NCBI GenBank assembly: GCA_016432445.1
Contig: CP066689.1
Location: 450,001 to 482,000 of the forward strand
Source of the DNA: Candidatus Saccharimonadota bacterium
Lineage (GTDB): Bacteria > Patescibacteriota > Microgenomatia > UBA1406 > GWC2-37-13
Direction: 5' to 3'
DNA length: 32,000 nt
In this document: positions 16,103 to 23,497 of the stretch, in pieces
Layout: every line of letters starts with the position of its first letter
How positions within the stretch are numbered: the first letter of the stretch is position 1
Notes under the pieces: model-generated
Seen by the model: only the letters and a program-made list of their open reading frames with translations
Databases searched by the model: none
Told to the model about the DNA's origin: nothing
Made by a program: the position numbers and the translations under genes

Positions 16103-17116
16103 ATGTCAGAACATAAAGGTCCAAGGCCATTTGTTGGAGATAATATTACTGTCTCTTTTGGTCCAATAGATGTTAGTTGCAGAATTTTTGAGAAACCTTT
16201 ATCAACACCTTATTTTCTTCAAGTAGGTGTTATGGATCTGACTAATAAGGATGAGGTAATAAAAGGAATTCGTGATACTGCGGCAAGGAAGTGTTGGTTT
16301 TTAGATGAAGGAATTCGAGGTGAGAAACTTAATGAACGGTTTGGAATTATATTGGATAAAGGCGTTGTTGTAGATATTTATAATTTTCAAAATCAGCCAT
16401 TATCTGAAGATAAATTAGGAAAATTAAGTAGAACATTAGGTAGATATTATGAAAGCTTAAAAGATAAATCACTGTGGAAATTGGAAAGCGTACAAATAAG
16501 AGCTCAAGACACAATTAATAGTAAAAATGGACAACCATATAGAGGAATGGAATATCCACAGCAGCTTAGATTTGAATTATTTCCGGCATCATTTGAAGAA
16601 GGTATTTATAGAAATACTCTTAATTGTTCATGGGCAGAGGGAGCCGTAGGGCATGAGACGGCTCATGTTGTACTTGAAGATGTTGTAAGGAGGTTATGGG
16701 AACAAAATTCTGAGGAGCTAGGATGGAAATCCGTTCTTCCATTGACACTTGTTCAGCTACCTGGAGGTCTCCAAACAACACGAGTAAATATTGATTATCG
16801 AAATTTGCCAACAGAATATGCTTCTTATCAAGAAGATGATGATAGAGCTGACAGTACCGTAGCCTTCTTATTTGATCCCTCAAAGCTTAATGGAATTAGA
16901 ACGCAATTGTTAAGTGAAGTATTAAACCTAACTACGGAAGATGAAAGAGAGCTGGAAGTACGAAAAAAGGAAGCGAAACTACCGGAACTATCATCCTTAA
17001 ATATATATCTATATTCAATAGCAGGATTATTTGGTCGAATTAACAGGGGTTCAGTAAGAAGAACAGCACTAAAACCCAAAGTTATTTCTTTAGAAGAATA
17101 TAGAAAATCTTTATAA
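16103..17116 (+). CDS. Hypothetical protein with a single HExxH motif (GHETAHVVLE), a possible zinc metallopeptidase-like protein
   Basis: ORF starts at the ATG at 16103, because the track start at 16073 is a TTG. No other family signature was recognised. Confidence 0.55.
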   Translation: MSEHKGPRPFVGDNITVSFGPIDVSCRIFEKPLSTPYFLQVGVMDLTNKDEVIKGIRDTAARKCWFLDEGIRGEKLNERFGIILDKGVVVDIYNFQNQPLSEDKLGKLSRTLGRYYESLKDKSLWKLESVQIRAQDTINSKNGQPYRGMEYPQQLRFELFPASFEEGIYRNTLNCSWAEGAVGHETAHVVLEDVVRRLWEQNSEELGWKSVLPLTLVQLPGGLQTTRVNIDYRNLPTEYASYQEDDDRADSTVAFLFDPSKLNGIRTQLLSEVLNLTTEDERELEVRKKEAKLPELSSLNIYLYSIAGLFGRINRGSVRRTALKPKVISLEEYRKSL

Positions 17117-17136
17117 TTGCTAAAAATGTGGCTATT

Positions 17137-17175
17137 CAACTCCGTATGTGAGTCGGCCGTAATTTGAAAGTTTCT
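17137..17175 (+). repeat. Diverged copy of the flanking repeat (CAACTCCGTATGTGAGTCGGCCGTAATTTGAAAGTTTCT)
   Basis: Manual alignment to 17986-18023. The 3' part GGCCGTAATTTGAAAGTTTCT matches GGCCGTGATTTGGAAGTCTTCT at 18 of 21 positions. The 5' part is more diverged. Confidence 0.5.
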
Positions 17176-17197
17176 AACCCAGAAATGTCATTAGCCA

Positions 17198-17248
17198 GAT
17201 TCGGCAACCGCGTAGGTTGTTTAGCCGTCAATTAAAAGTCTTCTTATC
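17198..17248 (+). repeat. Flanking repeat copy 1: GATTCGGCAACCGCGTAGGTTGTTTAGCCGTCAATTAAAAGTCTTCTTATC. It contains the transposase stop codon and last 9 codons.
   Basis: Read directly. Hairpin GGCAACC-GCGTA-GGTTGTT includes a GTAG tetranucleotide. Confidence 0.8.
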
Positions 17249-17892
17249 TTTTTTATTTTTTTTTGATAGGCAACGTGGTTACTTATGAACTTTGAGTAAT
17301 GAGATAAAGATTTAAAATGATTTAATACAACTTCAGTATTCACAAACCGATTTATTAATGGATTTAAATACCACATATAAGATGAAAAAGGATAGAATGC
17401 AAGTTCTTCAAATGAAATAAGTGAAGAAGTGACCGGATTTAAATGGATATATCTTGAAACATGGGTAAATTCTTCAGCAGTATTTATTCTTTTCGCTTTA
17501 AACCTATCCTGAAATAATCCTCCGACTCTTTCCTCAATAGTATTGTAATATTTTGCATAACTATTCTGGAAATTAGTCAGAAATTTTTGTATTCCATTAT
17601 CTACTAATTGTTTTAATTCAAAATGGAAATGATTTGGCATTAAGGAAAATGCATATATCTCAACAAGAGGTTGTTGTTTCTTTTTGATTAATGAAAATTC
17701 ATATTTTAATTCACCCGTAAGCCTTTGAAATTTAGAAAAACTTAATAGAGTAAAATGACGATAATAATCAATTGTTTCGATTGCCCGATAAAGATGATGT
17801 GTTTTCTCAAAAATAGATGCTTTACCAATACTGCGATTATAGACATGGTAATACTCGCCGGTTATTAATGGAAGTCTCCGTTTAAAAGACAT
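17221..17892 (-). CDS. Y1 (HUH) tyrosine transposase, REP-associated (RAYT) or IS200-like family
   Basis: 223 aa with YHVYNRS near the N-terminus, the HUH motif in MPNHFHFEL and the catalytic-Tyr context SRYIHLNPV. Confidence 0.8.
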   Translation of the reverse strand: MSFKRRLPLITGEYYHVYNRSIGKASIFEKTHHLYRAIETIDYYRHFTLLSFSKFQRLTGELKYEFSLIKKKQQPLVEIYAFSLMPNHFHFELKQLVDNGIQKFLTNFQNSYAKYYNTIEERVGGLFQDRFKAKRINTAEEFTHVSRYIHLNPVTSSLISFEELAFYPFSSYMWYLNPLINRFVNTEVVLNHFKSLSHYSKFISNHVAYQKKIKKIRRLLIDG

Positions 17893-17955
17893 AATTTAAT
17901 GAAACGATAATACTAATGTATTAGTCAATGGAGTATAAACAACAATTTTAAGAAT

Positions 17956-17973
17956 ATGATTAGGCAACCGCGT
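17956..17973 (+). repeat. Partial tandem duplicate (ATGATTAGGCAACCGCGT) of the 5' end of repeat copy 2
   Basis: The 18-mer is identical to 17975-17992 and separated from it by 1 nt. Confidence 0.8.
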
Positions 17974-17976
17974 TAT

Positions 17977-18026
17977 GATTAGGCAACCGCGTAGGTTGTT
18001 TGGCCGTGATTTGGAAGTCTTCTATC
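17977..18026 (+). repeat. Flanking repeat copy 2: GATTAGGCAACCGCGTAGGTTGTTTGGCCGTGATTTGGAAGTCTTCTATC
   Basis: About 43 of 50 positions match copy 1 by manual alignment, in the same orientation. Confidence 0.8.
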
Positions 18027-18072
18027 AAAAGATACCAACTATCAAAATGTTTTTTTTTGCTACACTATCAAT

Positions 18073-18294
18073 GTGGCAATTAAATCTATTGGATATATCC
18101 TGATTTTCGGGAAGCCGCTGATTATGTATACGGGTATTTTAACCTTGATTTCTTTTTTGATTACTGCACTTGTTGGCTATTTAAATTATAGAGGTATTCG
18201 TACGATTCCTTTTAAATATCACCCATGGTTGGCGGCAATTTCCATAACATTAGCTTTAATCCATGGATTAATGGGTATTTTGGCTTATTTTTAA
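18073..18294 (+). CDS. Small 2-TM membrane protein with H-x13-H in the second helix
   Basis: 73-aa ORF with a GTG start in the track, so the start is uncertain. The second TM reads HPWLAAISITLALIH. Confidence 0.5.
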   Translation: MAIKSIGYILIFGKPLIMYTGILTLISFLITALVGYLNYRGIRTIPFKYHPWLAAISITLALIHGLMGILAYF

Positions 18295-18322
18295 TTTTTC
18301 TTACAAGATCTTAACAAATGAT

Positions 18323-18331
18323 TGCTAGACT
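18323..18331 (+). promoter_or_regulatory. Extended -10 (TGCTAGACT) 9 nt upstream of the ATG at 18341
   Basis: Reads atTGCTAGACTgtatctggtATG, with TTACAA 19 nt upstream. Confidence 0.35.
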
Positions 18332-18340
18332 GTATCTGGT

Positions 18341-19822
18341 ATGGATAAAAGCATGTTACCATCAAAAGTTGAGTCACTGTGGATGGCGACTACGCCGGAA
18401 ACTAATTTTCCTGAGTTAGATCGGCATATCGAAACAGATGTGGCAATTGTGGGCGGTGGAATTGCCGGTCTTAATGTAGCGTTTTTATTAAAACGAAAAG
18501 GTTTGAAGGTAGTGGTAATTGACTCAACTTATATTGCGGCAGGTACTTCTGGAAATACTACTGCTAAAATTACTTCTCAGCATCATTTAAAATATGCTTT
18601 TTTGAAAAATTCAATTGACAAAAAAAAAGCTCAAATTTATGCTGACTCAAATCAATGGGCGATTAAGGAATACGAAAAAATTATTAAAAAAGAAAATATC
18701 GGTTGTGATTTTCATCATATGCCTTCTTATGTTTATGCAACAACAAAAAATGGTTTTGATGATATAAAAAAAGAGTTTGAGGTAACCCGTGAACTAAATT
18801 TACCCTCGTCGATTATTTATTCAGCGGATAATTTGTCATTGGATATTTTTGGAGCTATCCGATTTGATAGCCAAGCTTATTTTCATCCGAGGAAATATTT
18901 ACTGGCCATTGCCGGTAAAATTAATACTGATGGCTGTTATATTTTTGAAAAAACAACGGCAACAGACATACAGGAAACTGAAGAATCTTGTAAAATAATT
19001 ACTGACAAAAAAAATATTAAAGCAAAATATGTAATCATAGCTACTAATTTCCCTTTTTACAGTAAAGAGATATTTTCTTCCCAGATCCGCCAAGAACTTT
19101 CTTATGTTTTTGCAGTAAGACTTAACACGAAGATTCCTGAAGGTATGTTTATTGGACTTAATGATCAGGATTTATCTTTCAGGCCTCATGTAAGCGGTAA
19201 AAAAGCCTGGATGACTGTGGGTGCTATTCATCACTTTCTAGATGAGAAATATACAGCTCAAGTAGATTATGAACAATTATACCGGTATGCCACTAAAATT
19301 TTTGATATAAAATCTGTTGATTACAAATGGGCAGCTCAGGATAGTTATGCAAAAGATAGATTACCATATATTGGTTTTATGCCTAAATCAAAACGAGTTT
19401 TAGTGACTACTGGTTATTCTGCCTGGGGTATGACAACAAGTTTAGTTTCAGCAAAATTACTCAGTGATCTTATTACTGGAAAAAAAAATGAGTGGGAAAG
19501 TTTATACAGTCCTTCGCGCATTAAAAAGGCTAATAATAAAAACGTGCCAAGAGCTGGTAAAGGAGGTGAAAAAATGGATTTAAAACCAAATGAAGGAAAA
19601 ATCGTAGAAGAAAACGGTGAGAAACTAGCTGTTTATAAAGATGAGTCAGGAAAAGTAACAGCAGTTTCAGCTATTTGTACCCATATGGGTTGTACGGTTG
19701 GGTGGAACAATAAAGATAAAACTTGGGATTGTCCTTGTCACGGTTCCCGTTATGATAAGACAGGAAAAGTAATTCATGGGCCTGCGGTCAAAAACCTCTC
19801 TAAAAAAGAAATAGAGTTGTAA
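18341..19822 (+). CDS. FAD-dependent oxidoreductase (DAO-like) fused to a C-terminal bc/b6f-type Rieske [2Fe-2S] domain
   Basis: DVAIVGGGIAGLN is the dinucleotide-binding fold. CTHMGC-x12-CPCHGSRYD with GPAVKNL is the Rieske signature. Confidence 0.85.
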   Translation: MDKSMLPSKVESLWMATTPETNFPELDRHIETDVAIVGGGIAGLNVAFLLKRKGLKVVVIDSTYIAAGTSGNTTAKITSQHHLKYAFLKNSIDKKKAQIYADSNQWAIKEYEKIIKKENIGCDFHHMPSYVYATTKNGFDDIKKEFEVTRELNLPSSIIYSADNLSLDIFGAIRFDSQAYFHPRKYLLAIAGKINTDGCYIFEKTTATDIQETEESCKIITDKKNIKAKYVIIATNFPFYSKEIFSSQIRQELSYVFAVRLNTKIPEGMFIGLNDQDLSFRPHVSGKKAWMTVGAIHHFLDEKYTAQVDYEQLYRYATKIFDIKSVDYKWAAQDSYAKDRLPYIGFMPKSKRVLVTTGYSAWGMTTSLVSAKLLSDLITGKKNEWESLYSPSRIKKANNKNVPRAGKGGEKMDLKPNEGKIVEENGEKLAVYKDESGKVTAVSAICTHMGCTVGWNNKDKTWDCPCHGSRYDKTGKVIHGPAVKNLSKKEIEL

Positions 19823-19870
19823 TTTTTACGAGCACCATATAATGTCATTTTTTTGTAGACTGTCATAATA

Positions 19871-19909
19871 CTCCAGTACACTTTTGGGGTGGACACTTTA
19901 TGATATAAT
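19871..19909 (+). promoter_or_regulatory. Second copy of the 21-nt motif (CTCCAGTACACTTTTGGGGTG) followed by an extended -10 (TGATATAAT, 19901-19909)
   Basis: 18 of 21 positions match 4868-4888, and the extended -10 is at nearly the same distance (12 versus 11 nt). Confidence 0.5.
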
Positions 19910-19993
19910 ATGAGCGAAATGGAGTCAGGTGACAGCTTATCTGTCTTTTGTTTCAAAAGCAACTTAACAAAATGCGGAACGAAAGGAGGGAAA

Positions 19994-20113
19994 ATGAGAG
20001 TCATTGCAGGTGCGTTGGCGGTAGTCTTCATTCTCTTGGGTGTTTACCTAAGAATGCCAACCTACGAGGTGCTTCCTGTTGAGGCGTATCACGTCCTCAA
20101 TTCCAAACGGTAA
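19994..20113 (+). CDS. 39-aa single-TM peptide. Alternative longer forms would start at 19910 or 19919.
   Basis: Strong SD (AAAGGAGGG) lies 4 nt before the ATG at 19994. The hydrophobic core is VIAGALAVVFILLGVYL. The region is GC-rich. Confidence 0.5.
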   Translation: MRVIAGALAVVFILLGVYLRMPTYEVLPVEAYHVLNSKR

Positions 20114-20137
20114 AACAGAATAGAAAGGAACTGAACG

Positions 20138-20644
20138 ATGGGAATTTTCAGCAGAATGTTTGGGTTGGTAACCAAGCGTGAGGCGGCGGAGGAACTAAAT
20201 AGAGCTTTGGAGGTGCTTACCACTAAACTAAAGAAGGAAATCATACGTCTAATCAATGAAGATGTTAGCCGGCAGGTGGACGGGCTTCGCTCAGGATTAG
20301 TCCTCGGCACAATTCAGCTGACTGATGGTCCCGTTTCACTGAAGGATGTTATTAGGGCAGTTCTTGCTCATCAGGAACTCAGGCAAATGATCAGCGCGGC
20401 TTTTGTAGAGCTTGATATGGGTACCCTTGCAGATAAAGCTTATCAGGAGCTTGATCTGACGAGAGTTGAAGCGAAGTTAGCCGAGCTACTTGCGCCGAGA
20501 CTTCTTGAGGAGGATGGGCTTGTCATGGAAATCGCCGAGGAAGTAGTCAACTGCGGAGACAACGAAGACGTCATAGTCGAAAGAGCGGCTGAGATTATCG
20601 CTGACAGAATCAAGTATGTCCTTCCTACAGAAAAAGTAGGGTAA
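20138..20644 (+). CDS. 168-aa acidic, predicted all-helical protein with a PspA/Vipp1-like N-terminal helix (MGIFSRMFGLV)
   Basis: ORF in a GC-rich segment (32/60 and 33/60 by hand count). SD-like AAAGGA lies 9 nt upstream. The N-terminus resembles the PspA start MGIFSRF. The rest is unassigned. Confidence 0.6.
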   Translation: MGIFSRMFGLVTKREAAEELNRALEVLTTKLKKEIIRLINEDVSRQVDGLRSGLVLGTIQLTDGPVSLKDVIRAVLAHQELRQMISAAFVELDMGTLADKAYQELDLTRVEAKLAELLAPRLLEEDGLVMEIAEEVVNCGDNEDVIVERAAEIIADRIKYVLPTEKVG

Positions 20645-20696
20645 GGTTCCGCAGGTCTAGGCGGGTGGTAGAGAGGAGAGCGGCTTGCTTTCTTTG

Positions 20697-20722
20697 CGAC
20701 TTTACAGTCGTTTCCTTCCTTT
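20697..20722 (+). terminator. Weak intrinsic-terminator-like hairpin (CGACT-TTAC-AGTCG) followed by TTTCCTTCCTTT
   Basis: Read directly. The stem is only 5 bp and the tail is pyrimidine-rich rather than pure T. Confidence 0.3.
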
Positions 20723-20758
20723 ACCCCCGCCAACCAATTCTTCATTAGTTATAATAGG

Positions 20759-22213
20759 ATGAATATGCTAGATCCATCTCGCAAACTTTTCCGTTGGGGA
20801 CCAATAAGCGCTTGTCCGCTTTTCATGTATCCTACGATTGAAACTTCTTTTTCTCCCATGAAAAAAATCTTTGATGTTTGTTATCCCGAATCTTTGATCT
20901 TTTTTAAAGATAATAAAGTGACTTGGCTTTTGGATAATCAAGGTTTCATTGATCGAAGTAAAGAATTTGTTGAGAAAAATATTTTAAATAAAACCAAAAG
21001 AAATAGATATTATCAATTATGGAAAAGAAGTAGTGAAGAATTATTGAGATTATTTGATGAAATTGAGAATCAAAAGCTTTTTCTTCTCGATAAGGAAGAT
21101 TTAAAAAAATTATTCAAAAAATTTGCCAAAGTTTATCATCGATGGTGGACAATAACAATGACGGTAGAGTTAGTGACTGTTAGTGCAGAACCTTTACTAA
21201 GTGAAAAATTGAAACCATATTTTCCTGATGAACATCCCAAAGATTTCAATAAAGCTTTTGCTATTTTGACTTCACCATTGGTTTTGACTTTCTATAGAAA
21301 GGAACAAAGAGATTTGATAAATATTCTTTTACTTTCCAAAGATAAACAAAATCAAGCTTTGAAAAATCATCAGAAAAATTATCACTGGATATACAACAGT
21401 TATTCTAAAGCTAGTGCTCTTGATGTAGAATATTTTAATGACGAATTAGAAAAACTCAAAAAAGTCGATTACAAAAAAATTTTTGAAGAGATAGAAAGTT
21501 ATGATAAAAATATCCGTAAAGATAAGGAAATAATTGTAAAAAAAATTAATCCAAAAAAAGAAATCCTGGAATTAGTCTCTATTGTTGAACGGTTTAGTCA
21601 ACTTCAGGATGAAAGAAAAATGAATAATTTTAAAGCGGATTATTTTTTAGAAATATTTGTTAGAGAGTTTGCAAAAAGGACTGGAGTTTCACCAGAAGAT
21701 TTAAAGTTATTAACAACTAATGAATTTGAAGAATCATTAAATTTTATTGAAGAAGGTATTATTAAAAAGAGGAAAGAAAGTTTTGTTATCATTGCTGATG
21801 ATGAGACTATCGAGGAAGTTTTTGAGAAAAAGGCGGTTACTATAGCTCAAATGTACAGTGAAATTCCAAGGATTAACGAAAGTATAGTTCATGGAGTTTT
21901 AGCCTCAACAGGAGACACCTATTATTTCAGAGGCACAGCTAAAGTAGTGTTAACCATTGATCAAATTGACAAACTTGAAGAAGGAGATATTCTGATTACT
22001 ACTATGACTAGCCCTGATTTTGTTATTGGGATGAAAAAAGCCGGAGCGATTATTACCGATACTGGAGGTATTTTGTGCCATGCGGCCATTGTTTCAAGAG
22101 AATTAAAGAAACCGTGTATTGTAGGTACAGGTATTGCTACGAAAGTAATAAGAGATGGGGATGTGGTTGAACTTCACTGCGGAAGGGGAACAGTAAGAAT
22201 AATAAAACATTAA
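20759..22213 (+). CDS. Protein with a C-terminal PEP-utilising-enzyme mobile (swivelling His) domain and an unassigned ~360-aa N-terminal region
   Basis: C-terminus reads GDILITTMTSPDFV...AGAIITDTGGILCHAAIVSRELKKPCIVG. No ATP-grasp (GGK...) or PEP/pyruvate-binding motifs were seen. The start could be 20759 or 20765. Confidence 0.75.
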   Translation: MNMLDPSRKLFRWGPISACPLFMYPTIETSFSPMKKIFDVCYPESLIFFKDNKVTWLLDNQGFIDRSKEFVEKNILNKTKRNRYYQLWKRSSEELLRLFDEIENQKLFLLDKEDLKKLFKKFAKVYHRWWTITMTVELVTVSAEPLLSEKLKPYFPDEHPKDFNKAFAILTSPLVLTFYRKEQRDLINILLLSKDKQNQALKNHQKNYHWIYNSYSKASALDVEYFNDELEKLKKVDYKKIFEEIESYDKNIRKDKEIIVKKINPKKEILELVSIVERFSQLQDERKMNNFKADYFLEIFVREFAKRTGVSPEDLKLLTTNEFEESLNFIEEGIIKKRKESFVIIADDETIEEVFEKKAVTIAQMYSEIPRINESIVHGVLASTGDTYYFRGTAKVVLTIDQIDKLEEGDILITTMTSPDFVIGMKKAGAIITDTGGILCHAAIVSRELKKPCIVGTGIATKVIRDGDVVELHCGRGTVRIIKH

Positions 22214-23496
22214 TTGGCTGGGATTTTGAGGAGTTCTTTACGTTTGAAATAAAGAAATAAACCAAATAATAGAATTAAGATTGCATTAATTCTCAAAGAC
22301 ATTGGAGATCCTAAGTGTTCGGCAAGGTAGCCTATCTGAAAACTGCCAAAAGGAGTCATTCCCAAAAACATAAGCGAAAAAAGACTCAGGACTCTTCCCC
22401 GTAAATGATCAGCGACTTGATGCTGAATAGTGGTATTAATGATTACCATCTGAAGAATAAGACCTAAACCAATAAGAAATAAGAAAAATAAAGCAGGATA
22501 AACTTGAGTGGTTATACTAAAAAGGATAAGCGAGACTACTAATAATATATTGCCGATAAGAATAAATACAAGAGGTCTTACCTTTTTGGAAAATAAAGTA
22601 ACAATAAAAACACCTACAAGAGCTCCCACACCTGATGCGGCATTGAAAAATCCAAGGCCGGCTGCATTTAAATGAAAAATATTTTTGACGATAACCGGCA
22701 AAATAGTTGCGTATGACCAGCCAAATATTGAGCAGGCGCCTGCATGAAGCAATAAAATACTAATTATTTTGTGAGAATAGGCATAACTTATTCCTTCTTT
22801 GATAGCAGTTATAGGATGATTTTGTATCGGGTGAACAGTAGACTTTACTTTCATAAAAAATAAAGCGGCTAAAACAGCGATATAACTTATACCATTGCCT
22901 ATGAAAGCTCCGGCTAGTCCGACAGCTGAGATTAGGAAACCAGCTATTGTCGGTCCAAGAACACGTGCGCCATTAAACATGGCCGAGTTTAAAGCTATTG
23001 CAGAAGATAAACTTTCTCTTCCCACAATATCTACAGTAAAAGCTTGACGGACAGGATTATCAATTGATATTAAAATGCCCAATAATAAGGAAATAATAGC
23101 CACAAAATAAATATTGACAGTATGGGTAAGGATGAGGAATCCAAGAAGAAAAGCTAAAATCATAGCACCTGTTAACTCTATAAAAAGGACTTTTCTTTTT
23201 GGAAACCGGTCGCTTATCACTCCAGAAAAAAGACTAAATATTAAAATTGGTAAAGATCCTAGAGCCGAGATGGCTCCAACCCAAAAGGGAGAGTTGGTGA
23301 GCTCAAGTACAAGCCAGCCGGTGGCTATCATCTGCATCCAATTGCCTATTACTGAAATGAGTTGACCGGAAAACCACAATCTGTAGTTATGATGATTAAA
23401 TGCAGGAAAAGCTTTAAAAATTTTTTTAAGCAAGCTTATATTTTCACCAATACTGATCTCAGGACTCTCATTAATAATATGTTCCTCAGTTTTCAT
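22210..23496 (-). CDS. MFS transporter (EntS/DUF894-like)
   Basis: 428 aa with about 12 hydrophobic segments. The N-terminal region is NYRLWFSGQLISVIGNWMQMIATGWLV. Confidence 0.8.
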   Translation of the reverse strand: MKTEEHIINESPEISIGENISLLKKIFKAFPAFNHHNYRLWFSGQLISVIGNWMQMIATGWLVLELTNSPFWVGAISALGSLPILIFSLFSGVISDRFPKRKVLFIELTGAMILAFLLGFLILTHTVNIYFVAIISLLLGILISIDNPVRQAFTVDIVGRESLSSAIALNSAMFNGARVLGPTIAGFLISAVGLAGAFIGNGISYIAVLAALFFMKVKSTVHPIQNHPITAIKEGISYAYSHKIISILLLHAGACSIFGWSYATILPVIVKNIFHLNAAGLGFFNAASGVGALVGVFIVTLFSKKVRPLVFILIGNILLVVSLILFSITTQVYPALFFLFLIGLGLILQMVIINTTIQHQVADHLRGRVLSLFSLMFLGMTPFGSFQIGYLAEHLGSPMSLRINAILILLFGLFLYFKRKELLKIPAN

Positions 23497-23497
23497 T

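Larger units (their letters stand above)
17137..18026 (-). mobile_element. Y1/HUH transposase locus (RAYT or IS200/IS605-like) bracketed by same-orientation hairpin repeats
   Basis: The transposase ORF is flanked by ~45-50-nt direct repeats at 17198-17248 and 17977-18026. There is also a diverged copy at 17137-17175 and a partial tandem copy at 17956-17973. Confidence 0.65.

Noticed and set aside
19910-19993. The longer 67-aa version of the small TM protein, and apparent N-terminal similarity between MSKIEGGRALDPFSV (4912) and MSEMESGDSLSVFCF (19910)
   Set aside because: The ATG at 19910 directly abuts the TATAAT box, so it cannot be in a transcript from that promoter. Codon-by-codon DNA identity over the first 15 codons is only 21 of 45 by hand count, too weak to claim homology. 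It remains a possibility if a more upstream promoter (TGTCATAAT at 19861-19869) is used.
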